Made by a program: the position numbers and the translations under genes. A stretch of DNA of 64,000 nucleotides, taken from positions 22,444,001-22,508,000 of the forward strand of contig CM060734.1 in the NCBI GenBank assembly GCA_030704615.1, written 5' to 3'. The notes beneath the pieces are model-generated. The model was not told the origin of the DNA. It was given only the letters and a program-made list of their open reading frames with translations, and searched no databases. This document shows, one piece after another, positions 24,201-38,000 of this stretch. Source of the stretch: Takakia lepidozioides (Eukaryota; Plantae; Bryophyta). Every line of letters begins with the position of its first letter. Position 1 is the stretch's first letter.

Positions 24201-27200
24201 TACTCAATCTGGTTGTGGAAAAACTTGCACTTCCCCGGATGCAACTTCAATCCATGCGCCCTCAAGCGCTCAAATACCACCTGAATGTGTCTCTCATGCT
24301 CCTCCACTATAGCACTAAAGATGATGATGTCATCTATGCAGCACCGAGCAAACTCCACCCCTGCTAGAATCCTGTCCATGACTCTCTGAAACTCTGCAGG
24401 AGCGTTCTTGAGCCCAAATGGTAAGAACCACCACTGGTATAGGCAATCATTCCCGTGCTCATTGATCCCCCAGAATGTCGTCTTCTGCTTATCCGCCTCC
24501 TTGATCGGCAACTGGTGATATCCAGATCGTAAATCCAAAGTGCTAAAGACCCAACACTTGACGACATGATGCCTCAGAAAGAGATGGCACCGCCGTGGTA
24601 CCAGTGGTAGAACCCATCGCCCACTCGCGCTCGTCAGCATTGGCCTCCACTAATTGTTGCAACTGGCTATCCCACAAGAGGCCATTGAACAAATTTCGTT
24701 TCATCTCATATTACTCTGGGACCTCTTAGATGGTACATTGAATCCTGGAAAGCTGAGCAGTGTAGGCAATGCGGCTCGTGGGTGTCCCACCTTATTGACC
24801 ATTGCCAAAGGTGATCGATCATCGTGTCTCACACGCTGAGACTGCCTCCCTATGTCCAAAATGCTATCCACCGTCAGGTTTGGTGGCCGTTGCACCCCAT
24901 GAAATGCACGCTTGAGCAGTGCAGGTGGCATCAAGTTGGTCCACCATAGTCGTGGGCGATGAGCCCGTGACCCCACTGTAGCTGCATCCAGCAACACTGC
25001 TAACCCAAGCCAAGACCGCATCTGATGCACACTGGCCATCACCTTGGCCCGAGAATCACCCATCAATGGCACATTCTCCAAGATATATGCCGGAGAGTCT
25101 GTCTGCTGAAGCTGTAAATAACGTAGGACCCTCAACATCTCCCAAAACAGACGTTGTAACCCATTGCCATGCCCGGCTGATAAATGCCCTTGGCAGGGCC
25201 AACCTACCACTACCAAGTGAATAGGACCAACCAGCTCCAAATCATGCGCCCCCAGCAAAGAGATGTCTGCTGGCAAGGCTTGTTGGTATCCACGAACTAT
25301 AGACACTGGCAACAAATCAGGGTACTGCTGCACCAACTGAGCAACATGGGGCAGTGAGATGCGTCGTGCAGTCTCATCCCTCTCCACATACAGGTAACGT
25401 CGAACTCGTACACCTGCCTGCAGCACTGCAGCCAATCCAGTGCTGATCCCGCCAAACAAGTCCAGAAGGCATATGCCTTCATCCGGGCACTGCCACACAA
25501 GAGGTGTGGTGTCCAATGGCGACAACTGAGGCAATCACCGCACTCTCCTCCTCTCCTGATGGTACGAAGGCCTCTACCTAGGCATATTGCACCCGTCTAT
25601 CAGCAACCTGTTGCAAATCCTTGCTTGTACCCCACAATGGAGTGTGAGCAACCATGGTAGGAAACTCCGCCATACCATGCATGTCATCCTGCTCTGCTGG
25701 AGGTGGCACATCCTCTGCATGGGCATTGCCCTCCAGCAGTTCTCCAGGCCAACTAACTACAGCTGTGAAGGCTGCTAGTGTTGGCATCTTGCCCCGTTGG
25801 GCAGCAGCAACACCCCCAATGAATGTCATATGGAGCTGTACATGACAACCATCCCCTGACTGCCATCCAGGCCTGTAGGATGCTGACTCCTCCCAAAAAT
25901 CCAGGGTGAAGCCCATGGGATACAACACTGCCCCACCAACGAGGACATCGTAAGAGACCGCGTCTGTCACAATGGCCTTGGCTCGCATCACTGAGCCATC
26001 TATAGGATGATCCGGCTGTAGTCTAATGGCCAACTCACGCCGTGTCATGCCCCGAGCCTGCTCTGATCCTCCCAGAGATGTCTGTATCTGGAAAGGACAA
26101 GGCTCAATATCCGCCTCCATGAGGCCCAAACCTGCAATAGCAGCTCTGCCCAACATCAGTGGCTGAGCTCCCGAGTCCAACAAGACCCGCAGTGGCGGTA
26201 CCTCTTGTTTGCCGGTCCACTCAAAGAGAAAATGTCATCCTGGTTGTCTAACAAGACAACTCCAGGTGTCACCATGGTGCGCTCAAAGGCTGGCATAGCT
26301 GGCAGCTCCATCAACCTGGCAGCTGCAGCTTGCCATGGCGCAGCCGTGGCAGTCTTGACCCTCAAATCCGAGGATCCCTCTGCCACTATACCTTCCACTA
26401 ATTCCGCAGAAGATGAAGTGACCTCCCCACTCTCGCAGAGTGTTGCTACTAGTCTAAACACTGTAGGTGGTCTTACCCCCGACGTCGCAATCATGGTTGC
26501 CGCGAACAGTGGGGCCTGACACACAAAGGTGGCCGCCCCCAACAACACACTGGCTGCACTAGCTTTGGCAACAGGTGTTAGTGCTGCACGTGTAGCTCTC
26601 CCCAATGGCACAATCGGTATCTGTCAGGCGAGAACTAAGTGCCATGGATGTTGTCGACACTATGTCCCCCAAAATGAATGATTGAGGCAACCTAGCCTGA
26701 CGGCTTGCCTCCCCACGCTGTGGATCTATCTCCACCTCTGCACCTCGTGGCTCAGGAACTCGTGCTGCTCCTCGAGTGACGGCTGCAGCAAACTCCACCT
26801 GCACTAGTAGTAGCGCTCCCCCACACATAAATCCCATGCCTCCCATGTCTTCTCCGTCAGGATGACGCTGCTGAGGATGAACAGGAGGTAGACCCTCAGG
26901 TCTTGGAGCTGGTACCACCTGAGTTGTGGCCATGGCAGCAAGCCTTTGCTCTAGCTGCTGAAGCCGGTTAGCCATACCTTGGTCAACGCCCTGACCTCCA
27001 CGTCCTTGGCCATAGTGTGCTTGCCCTCGTCCTGCACCTTGTGCCTGACCACCTCGTCCTCTCTGAGGTGCTCCACCTCGTCCTCGGCCGCCATTGTTCC
27101 CTTGGAACTGGCCTCGCCGCAACTCAGGGTGCAAGTCATAACACTGGGTATCTCCATGCCCATATTTGCCACAATGCCCACACTGCAACTGTGCAGGCTG

Positions 27201-28935
27201 TGCTTGTGCTGGCCCTTTGCCACTCTTGGGCAATCTTTCTTGACATGGGGTCCTCCACATGTCCAACATACCACCCCTGGTTGCTTTTGGCCTGCAAAAG
27301 ATGCTACTGGCCTCTATACCTGAGGTCCCCTGTAAGCTCCATGGAATTTGGGTTGGGCAACCTTGCCCCCCTGACCACGCTGTTGGGCAGTCCCTTGTGC
27401 CTGTTGGCTGGCAGCTGCGCCTCGTGCAAGCATGTCCTTGCCAAATCAAATGGTAACAACTTGCTCTTCCACCATGTTGAGCTCAATCCACTCAGCCAGC
27501 AGAAACACATCTGCTAATGTGGGTTGGGCCACTTGTAACAGGGTTGCATCCCGCACCCTTCTCCTGAGCTCCTTGTCCAAAATTCCATACCAGAACTGGA
27601 CTGCCTGAGCTTCACTAACCCCTTGTAGGCCTCTTGCAAGCTCTCACTGGATTTGCACTAGAAGTCTTGCAAACTTCGCAGCTTCTCTGTCCGTACACCT
27701 TGGTAGTTCCTCCGCAACTCCTAGAAGAACTCCACCACCGGGTTGAATCTAAGCACATGTGTTGTAGTCGTGGCAGGAGGAGTGGTAGCAACTTTAGAAC
27801 TGGTACCACATGCATAAGTACTGGCACTACTTGTTCCACTACTAGTGCTGGCAGTGAGAGATATTGGTGCTGATGCAGCTACTGGTCGCGTCGTGCCTCG
27901 AGTAATGGAGACGTAGTCAGGTGACCAATACATCCTCCACTCCTCAATCTCTGCTTCATGTCCTCGCCTGAACTCGTGGTAATCGTCCATAGGCGGGCCT
28001 TCCAAATGCTGGAACAGTCCCTTCCACGCCATGAATAGGGTGAACAACTGTGGATTGCGCATCTGCTGCAAATCACACCAGCTGTCAAACTCCTGGATAA
28101 AGTCATCCAGCTCGATTGTGCCCACAGCTCTAGAGTACCTACGAGGCCCCTTGGTAGCTCCATACATCTCCTCCATGTTGTCCCACAACAATGGCGAAGG
28201 AAACTGCACACCTGTTGATGAAGCCTCCGAGTCTGTGTCAAACTCTGCACTAGTTGAGGGTGGAGGTGAAGGTGGTCTAAACCAAACACCTCGCCTTGTG
28301 AATCCACTCTCACTGCTACTGCCTATAGCCGTACTCCCCTCAAAACCCTTGGGTAACTCCGTGATGACACTCACAACCCGCACCTCCCCCACGTGATACT
28401 ATAAGGCTCTGGTACTAATTCTAATAGTGAAACGGGTTGGCACCTGTTGCGGTTTAAGGGTCATATCCCAGTGGCTAAGGGCACCTGCACTTGCATCCAC
28501 CGCAAGAACTCCTGTGGTTGGCTGGTCATCAACCCAGCCTCACCATAGAAGAAACATTGGTGGTCTTGCTGGTCATCACTCCAGCCTCACCACCGACAGC
28601 ATACTCTAGGATTGACCGACGATCAAATCCGGCCTAATCCCTATGAAAGCAAGCGCCCACACAAAACCAACATGGCGCACAGTCAAGCATGCAGGTGTGG
28701 GGGGGGGATCCAAACACAAGAATCAAAAACATCAACACCCCCACACCAAATCCCTCCGCAGTGCTGCTCCTGCAGAATACCCCAGCCCAAAAACCCGGAC
28801 CGACTCTTGCCTCCACCTATGGAAAGGTTTTGGCCTGCTGAGAGGGTGGAAAGCTATGGGGAGGAGAGACTAAAGCAATTCCTAACCCCAGCATGCCCTC
28901 ATCCTGACACTCTCCATTTCCTCTCTAGCCATACA
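21232..28935 (-). mobile_element. Gypsy-DNMT copy 4, the most complete: leader, gag, PR, DNMT, partial RT, RH, IN, PHD, PPT, terminal blocks
   Basis: gag 28392-26560; LDSGAQ at ~26180; DNMT ORF 25534-24701; RT C-half, RH and IN ~24550-22100; PHD ~22070-21940; PPT ~21666-21674; block B 21580-21664. Confidence 0.93.
24555..25475 (-). pseudogene. DNMT3-like domain of copy 4 (motifs I-VIII open in one frame)
   Basis: LDLFGGISTG, YVERD, GWPCQG, YILENV, HRPRLWWTNL within ORF 24701-25534; motifs IX-X follow a short filler insertion. Confidence 0.92.
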
Positions 28936-31558
28936 CTAATATCAAAGATTAACGGGTGTGTTACAAATAGAACGTTAAGTGATCATCCCTGACTTGAAAC
29001 AGCTTCTTCAATAGACCTTAAATAGATGTGGGGAGGATCTAATTTACATTAGAAAAATTCTATAGATTTTTGGTAGGTAGATTTCCCCTTTCTGCAGCTA
29101 TCCCCCCAAAAACTGCGTCAAACGGAGGTCATTTGACAAAGATATGACCAACTAGGCTCTTTAAACATAATACCCTTTAAAAAATAAACAAATACAAGGG
29201 AAAATCTATTTTCAATAACTTGTCTTGGTTCCCTGTTCCCTGGTTCCCTAAGAATTCATTGGACTCATGCCTGGCTCATATCTGAAAAATGACGATCTTA
29301 GATTCTTAACTCAATCGCTCCACAGTGGAATTACCATGATAAAGGTAATGTCTTCATTGGTATGCCAGATTTTCAGAACGAGAACACCTTGTTGAAGCTG
29401 TTGCGATCAATGCCATCTTATCGTTGTTGTATGAGAGCCCATGTCTACTACCCTGTCAGAGTGACAACCAGGATGGCTTTCCGCAACCATTCATGTACTG
29501 GGCAAATACATATCAACCACAACAATAAGACCATCACGTTCAATTTGTGATTTCCAAGGTGGTGCTAATACCTTCATCGACCATTGGCATATACACCCCA
29601 AGAGCAGCCTAAAGATCGCCATAGCAGAGAGGGTTACATTATACGCTGGTGCTGTAAACGTTCAAGCTCTCAAGGACCTCAAACACCACTCTAAACTGGC
29701 TTAGGGTGATTATTACGTCCCCATGACCAGGGACAGGCGCACAGAACCGAGGCGATGGGATGAAGCTGCCCCATCTTGAGAACTGATAGTACCAGTACTG
29801 GCAAGCGACTTGCAGCAAGGCCCATTCGATGGCTCACTTCTGCCCTAGCTGCACTGGGAGCTATGTGTGTGGCAGTGGTGTTGGAAGGATCAGACACTGA
29901 CCGGGCGGGCTGCTGAAGTGTTCAGTAAGCACCATTTAGTTCGTTAGTTTGCCGTTTTTCCCATACTGCTATGGTATATGTGAAGAGTGGATATCTGATC
30001 AGGCTCCAGAGGTGTTGGTGAGTCGTTTGGTTTTGTGAAGAGGCTGGTTTTGTGAAGACACAAAATGCCAACTCGAGCTGGAACGGCCAGTATCGGCCAG
30101 CCAAGGTGCAGGCCGTCCTAAGGTGCGTTAGAAGACGCCGGTGAGTGTGAAGAACGTCATGCTAGATTTTCTAGCAAGTGCGTAAGCTGCTGTCCAACAA
30201 GGAAAAGCTGATCAGCAGCAGAAGCATGAGATGCGATGTGTGTGACCAGAGATAGATGTGCACAAGGAAGGACCAGCCGCATAGCCTGCTCTGCGATCAG
30301 GTCTTGCATCAGGTCTAGGCGACATTGGCGGCATTAATGTTTGTGAGACGGGGTGAATCTCATATATTAACGTTGCGGCCTAATGAAGGAAGACCAGGTG
30401 AGGCTCTACATATATGACCAGCAGTGCTTTGATCCGGAGTTGCAGTTAGAAATCGTGAGACAAATATATATATATATATATAAAACATTGCAGTACATTT
30501 GGCATTTCGGCCACCAGCAGGTGCAGGTCCAATTATATCACTTGGTCCTTGAAGTGGTATACCAGGCCGAGCTTCTCCCTTTTGATTTTGCGTTCAGTTG
30601 GTGAGCCCGCGCCCTATCCTCCCTGTCCCAGCACTCTTGAGTTCAACTTGTGACATGTTTGTGGCTGCACAGAGCCTAAGAGTCTGACCAAGCCTCCATT
30701 CAGCCCTTTGTAGCTCGGGTGTGCTATGCTCTGGCTACCATGCGAGCTTCACGACTATATTATGTGGCTGCTTCAACGCCACCCGGCTGCTCTTTTTGCC
30801 TGCACTGTCTCACCAAGTTGTAGCAACCGCTAGCCCCTGTTGCAAGGTCACTTCATCGCCCATGCCACTAGGAGGCTAACTACTGGCTGACCAGGCTCCT
30901 TTCCTTGTGCACATAAACATGCTAGGCTTCAGATTCTAACAACGGCGTTGCAGCTTCAGCCTTTTGCCTCTCATGAGCTGATCGCTCTATAAGGATTTTA
31001 ATACTGTCAACTTCCAGAAGTTCGTTCACTGACCCCTGTCCAATATTCTCTGCAATGGCTCTATGGCATATGTTGCCCAACCATATTTGGACACTCCAGA
31101 ACAAAAACTTCAGAACTAGTTGATGGTATTCATTGGGACGACAGCACAAGGTTACACATGGTAGAGTTGTCCAGCAATATTAAAGCTAGATATTTGCCCA
31201 TTGACTTGCGAAATGTAAGAAGTGCAGGCTTCTTTGATGTGGCATGATTCACCTTGTTCATAAAATCATGAAATCTGCCTCCTTCCATTCTTGCAACCAG
31301 CCCTAAGTAGCCCAACACACTCCCGCTCGCTGCGTGGATCAAGCCCGATGGAAAATGAACGCAAGTAAGAGTGATAGACCAAACGCTGCCATCGTCAACT
31401 CTCCCTAACTCCTCTGTTTGGCTGCGAGCAGCTTAAGTCAGCCTATGATGTCTTTTGCTTGGCTTCAGATCATGATGCCAGTGGCAATGACAAAGCCCAT
31501 AGGCAGTATTCAGCCTTACTGCGCTTTCTAACCATTGCTCCAGCGCCGAACTTGACAA

Positions 31559-32090
31559 TGTCTTTCTAACTAAAGATTACCTTGCAGACAAATAATCATT
31601 TCTCTGTCTCCAACCTTGTCACAGACATAATCTAGAGACCATAATTTTCTTCTCTCACTTTCAAAATAAAAACCACAAGTGCTAAAACTAAACTCACATT
31701 GGCACTCACATATGCAAGCTAGCATCTCTCTCGAGTGATATGAAAACTAAACTCATACTATCTGTTGACACAAAAACACGAAATACAATACAATCACTCG
31801 TTAAAATAAGAGTCGAGCCAGGGGCACCCCAAGCTATGGGGACTCCACCCCACAACATCCTACTCTCCCTCCATAAGTACACTCAGATGCTAAGCAGCGA
31901 GGGAGCTCGGTCGTGCAGGCTCAACTCGAGAGAGATGAGCCGCACGACTGACGAGCTCATGAAGATAAGATGGTTCAGGTGTCAAGCTAAACTTGACACC
32001 TGACTTAACACTTGAACTAATTCCAAGTGTTAAATACAAATAACTAGATTTATTCTAGTTAGTTTCACATTGTGTTTATTTAACTTGACA
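31559..32090 (-). mobile_element. Solo block A-type LTR (532 bp)
   Basis: TGTC...GACA termini; flanks GACAA and GACAC (4/5 match, probable TSD); homologous to 9462-9994. Confidence 0.8.
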
Positions 32091-35000
32091 GACACTTTTG
32101 GTCATTTCTTGCATTGAAGTTGTGAGTATGATCTCAGATTCGATCCAGACTTTGTCAGGGAATTGCACGAGGTTTGCCTCGGAGAGTATGTCCGAGAGTT
32201 TGAGCATAAGGTGTGAGGATGTTGGTTGGAAGTGTTTTAGAAAGGCGGCTATGTTACTTTGGGGGAGTGGGGATAAAATTCTAGATTACGGTGGTGGAGC
32301 ATGTATGGGTGGAATAGGTCTAAAGGGGATGAGGGATGGTGGGAAGGTTACCGAGACGGGGGTAGAAACCGTCAAGAAGGCTTGAGGAGGAGTAGTTGAG
32401 TCCGCCTTGTCTGGAGTATTGATGGTCGGCGGGTATATAACGGAGGTGGTGTGACTGAGTGAATTTTGCCCATTCATGGTCTGTTGAGGATGGAGATTTG
32501 TGTATACCATTGTATGTGTGACCCAGGAGGGCAATGTCCCTGTTGAAATCGCCTGCTAGGATGTAGTGCTGGGGGTGGGTAGGTGACTGGGTTAGTGTGT
32601 TGGAGATGGTGAGTAAGATATCAGGGATCAGGGGGAGATCATCAGCGTGTGAGGGCATGTATAAGTGTATAAGGATAATGGGGGGGAGCGCTGGAAGGTG
32701 TAGTTTGATAATTTGGAGATGCGATCGGAGGGGGAGAGCGACAGGTATTTTGACCGTGGTGCTAGGGGAGTGATGTGTGCGGAGGATACCGAGAGCCACC
32801 CCGCCACGGGTAGGATGGTATGGCGCAGAACGTCTGGTAAGGCATTGTGCAGCTGTGAACGAGTTGCCATACAACATATAGTATTCTGGGAGGAGTTTGT
32901 TGATATATGAGCTATTGGGGTTGTTGAGTTTAGTTTCTTGTAAGAGGATGATATGCGGGGGTGTAGAGTCTGTGAGATGGATAAGGCTTTGAATGCTGGT
33001 GGCAAGTGATCCTACATTCCAAGTTATTATGTTGAGTGCGTGTGCGTGCTGGGAGGGGGAGGTGTGTGGGGGGCAGTAGGATCTAGGAGGTGTTGGAGGT
33101 GGGTTACTGATGGGGCTGTGTATGTAGGATGGGGAGGTAGGTGGTGGTGTCATGGACGGGGATTGATATCCGGGGATGCCTCTCTTGGCTTGAATGGTTG
33201 CAGTGAGAATGTTTTTGGAGAGGAAAGGGAATTTGTTGGCGATAGTATCTAGCTCTGGGCTGGTTGCAGTTGGGTGGGCCAGGTGTTCACCTAGAATCCT
33301 ATGGACTTCTCCGGGTGTGGCTTGTAGTAGGCTGAGAGATTCGTGGAGGGTGTGTAGGTAGTGTGGGGGCGCTAGGTATCTGTGGGGTAGTGCGGGTAAA
33401 TTATGCAGTTGTTGTAGTAGTGAACATACGTGTGTGTCTAGTTGGGTTTGGAAGTAGTCGTTACATAGTGAGGGTATAAGGGAGATGATGATGATTAGTG
33501 AGAATAGGAGGTGTTGTGTAGGGTATGCATTAAGTTTATGGGTGGCATTGACTAGAGATGGGTGTTGGCAGGCATGAAGCCCAAAGGTGGCAATTGGGTA
33601 TGTGGGTTTGCGTTTGGTGGAAGGATTGGGAAGAAAGGGAGAGAAGTGGTCGCTTAGGTGTTGATATGCAGATATGAGTGAGATAGTGTCTTTTTGGAAA
33701 TATAGTTCATATCTTTCTTGATGGTCTTTGGAGAGTTTGTTGATGATGCTGGTGATGGTAGAGGGGCCTGGGTTTGGGTGGACGTCACCGCAGCGTAGGA
33801 GTACAAGTGTTTCACAAGCAAGTTTATAGGATTTAAAGTGGGACGGTGGGTGGTGAGAGGAGTGTTTGGATGCCCGAGGTTTCTGGTGGTATCTCCCATG
33901 TGGACAATGGGTTATAAAGTGGACTTGGGGGGAACAAGGAGTAGGGGTGCATTGGTGGTAGCTGTTATAAGAGTGGAAGAGGGGGGTGGAGTGGGTAGCA
34001 CCGTAGTGGGGTGTGAGTGGAGCTGGTTGCTTGAGTGTGTGTGGGGGATTTTATTTTGCTTAGCTTAGTGGGTGGTTCCATCCGGTGGCCATGGGAGGGG
34101 TTGTTGTGCGGCGATTAGTATGGGAGCTCATATGGTGGGGTTGGTAAGAATTTAATATGAATGTATGGTGGGTGGGGGATATAGGTTTAATTAGAGCGGG
34201 AAAATAGGATAGGTGGGCGACACACATGGATGAATGAAGTCGGGCAGAGGCGCGGATGAAGTGGCCTGTGGTTGGATGAGGTGTCGGTTATGGGCTATAG
34301 GAGTGTGAGTGCAGGGGATTTGATTAGGGGTAGCCATGTGGCGATTATGTGATTGTGCTAGGTGGCGGGTGTGATATGTGGATTGTGCATTGCGCTGAGT
34401 AGAGGAGGGATGATAAACGTTTTGAGGACTAGGATGAATGAGGAGTGTATGGAAGATGTTTAGGATATAATGACGAATCGTAGTTGGATGAAATGTGCCT
34501 TGGGGATGATGAACATCCTGATGAGAGTGAGATGCTTTTTAATAATGATGGAGTGGTAGCATGGAGTAAAATTCTTGGAGTGAGATCATGGATATAGAGT
34601 AGCATTGTTGTAGCATTGTTTGATATGAGGAGAGTACATATGCCCAAGTAGGAATCGGAGATGTTGCATAGTCCTCGCTTGAGATGGGACCGGGAAGAAA
34701 CAGATGGAGATTAGAGTGATGATCAGAAAGCAGCAGGTGAATAGAAGGATTGGCCATGGATCAGGGCATGGCCAGTTAGTTGAGAGGAGGGGTACATGCA
34801 GAGTAGAGATTTGGGATGCTGGTATACCAGCAGGCATAGCTATGAGAAAGAGAGATGTTAAGGCAGCGGAGATCATTGTAGTAAGATCCAAGTCGGAGAT
34901 AGTCGAGGGACCAGTCGTTGGGGTTGCGATTTACAGAAACAATCTTGGTGGGAGCAAAGGGCCACTGTCTTGGAGAGAGGGCCTGTGAAATACATGGGGC

Positions 35001-38000
35001 CAATAGGAGCACTTCAAATACTTGGGGAGATAGACATTGGGGTAGTTACCTTGATAGAGACTGGGTGCCAACAGATGGATATTGGGTGGTCTTGTACCTG
35101 GGTGCGTAGATGGTGAGAGCAAGGGTGGTGTTGTGCTTAACACAGTCTGCACCTTATGTTGGATTGATCACCAGGGTGTCGTGGGGCTGTGCGTGGGAAG
35201 ATTTGTTTGACCAGTGAGCATGTCTTGAATTGGGGATGCCATCAGCAGCATAGCATGGGAACAGCAGAGAGTGATAAATATGAAGTGCAAGTGATGTGTG
35301 AACTGCTTGTCAAAGGAAAGGGGAGAGGCAACCAAGGGTGGGGAGGGGGGTAAGTGATTTCCCTGAGCGTGGGAGGGCCTTGGTGTGGTGAAGGCCAGTG
35401 ATGGGGGCCTCGCATCTGACATTGCGAGGGCCCGAGCATGTTGTCACTTGCAGCTGTTTTGCAGAATTTGAGGGGGCTGGGCGAGTCATGGCAACCGCTA
35501 CGGGTATCTGGCCAGGCCAGCAACTCTTGGCTATAGTTGAGTCCAGCCACATGACAGCTTGCCTGTCTCCAGGTTGATGCAAGTAGTTCTTGATGGGTGT
35601 CTGCCCTGGGGAAAAGCCTCCGAGCAGCCATGTGATGATTTTTGTGAACCGGCCCCTGTAACCCCTTGGCAAGGGCAGCCCTCACGCTATCACCTGATTC
35701 AAATCTGGCTCTGATGATGCCCGCATGGATCTGCTGGCCATGTTCCAGGGCTGCAGGACCAGCATACGTGCTCAGGATGCTCGTGAAAGTCACGCTGTCT
35801 GTCCTTACTTCGTCTCGTTGCATCTGTTCATAGACCTTCAGAGCCTTCCAACTACATCCATTGTGGGCATGTCCTATGATTATTGCATTCCATGGAACCA
35901 TTGTTTGTCGACGCATATGGTCAAACACTTGGCATGCATCGGCTGTGCTGTCACAATTGGCGTATATGTCAACCAGGGCGGTGTACAGACTGGTATCTGG
36001 CTCAGGGCGCACCGTGGTTGCACCGGTGGTTAAAAGGAGAGAGATAATCAAGCAGACGCTGATGCCCTGAGTGGCGTAATGTCGTTCTATGAGCTTACTT
36101 ACGTAAACCCTTCGTGCAACCAATCTGAAGGGTACGAGAAGCCGAGACACCGGGGAGGGGTGGGTCGCAGTAATATCCCAGCATGAAAACTTTCTTACAT
36201 ACCGAAGCCACAGGGATGGGCCTTGATAGAACATCCCTCCAACACGCACAATGCTAATGAGATTCAACCATAGCGAAGTGGACATGAGTGTGAGAGTCTG
36301 GGAGAGATGACACCAGTGGATCGCCGCAGGAACTACCATCAGGCGCCCTGGGTCAGATATAGCCATTGGGAAGAAGCTCGGGCACCATACCTGGGCTGGA
36401 AGATGACTAGTATACCTGGTAATCTGATACAGAGGTGGAGGGTGAGGGAGCACCCACTGGGGTATCGGGTCCTCATGGGGGGGGGGAGTGATTGTTGCCA
36501 TGGTTACGAGCCAATTGACATCTACAGAATTTGCACGACCACCGGATTTTGCTCGACCATCATGAAACCACCACTGTGAAGGATCTGAGCAAAGCTCCAG
36601 CCAGAACTGTTGGTTACTTATTGCTTGATCGTTCTTCAGTATCCCTGGAAACTGGGGAGATTTCATAGCTATCGCTTGCAAGTATTTGGAAACCAGCCCT
36701 GCCCAACTGCATACCCACTTCAGCTCCACCTCCTGGTCCGTTTATTTGCTGCAGATTTTGATATCACAATCTCCACTCATATAACTGTTCTTTGCATCAG
36801 CAGGGCGTGCCAGGGGGATCAATGTGGTGTTCACGTGATCTTGGTCATGCGGGGGGCAGCCTTTGTAGCTTCGTGGCGTCAGAAAAGGAGGCAGCGTCTC
36901 ACCTCCAAGCCCAAGGATGTTCAACCCCAGATCTGCAGATTGCGTTGGTGTTGCACATTTTGCACTTGGAGAGGGTGTCTCAGCGGGGGGAGCCAGAAGG
37001 TCGTCATCGGTATAGAGGGCAGCATCTGGAGGCTGGGAAGTGACCTGCCCATGCCTTTGCGCAGCTGGCATGCTGAGGGAGGCCGAGTTGGGACAGAGTA
37101 GTGAATTGAGAGGATGGGAAGACATGGTACCTGAGAGGAGCATAAGGGAATAGGCATAGATGTTGGAACGATTGTACCTGGTAATGTGCGGTCGAATGTG
37201 GGAAACGGATATGTAGACAGAGATGGTTGAGTGAAGACCCCGAGTGAGGTGCCAACGCGGGCAGAGTAGGGATGCAGCAGTGAAGAGCCTCTGACGCAGT
37301 GTAGTGTCAGATGGGTGTGCGACGTGTAGAAGGCTCCAGTTCGGCATTTGGGAGATAGAAGTAGTGATCCCGTCCGTGCCTATGAGAGGTGGGGTTAGCG
37401 CCTTGCGCTGCAGCTTGCGATCATCCTGAGAGTAACTAGGCTGTAAACAGAGATCTGTCGACCTGGTTAGAGAGGCCTTATACTTTGCCTTGGAGGGTAG
37501 CTCCGCCCATTCCGCTAGGAGAGTGTTTAGGTAGCAGCTTGGAGTGGATGACGAGAGCAGATCGGTGAAATCACTCCTGTTGGTGACGACGCGTTGTGTG
37601 ATGTGTGGTCTTTGCAGCTTGCAAAAGAAAACTGATGTAGAGAACTCCAGCCCTGCGGGGACTATGTAACCCACCCTGAGGGAAGACGCGTTGCAAACAG
37701 AAATAAAGTTGTCTTCCAGAGTGTGCAAGCCGCTCGGTTGAGCCACTAAATGAGCTTCAGTCACATAAGAAAGATGTAATGGGCCCTTGGTGATGGGATT
37801 TTCGCCCAGCGATGTGGCCATGAGGCCACCAGAGTGGAACAGAGTGATTCTGATCGCACTGTTGCCGATGTTCGGGGAAGTATCCGTTGCCCCAAAAATT
37901 CCATGAGGGAGATGAAGGGTTGAGTTGGTGCATATCGTAGCGTAGCTCCTTTCCAGATACAAGGAGGGGGGGGTGGAAGAGTACCCATTCGCGCAGTGGA

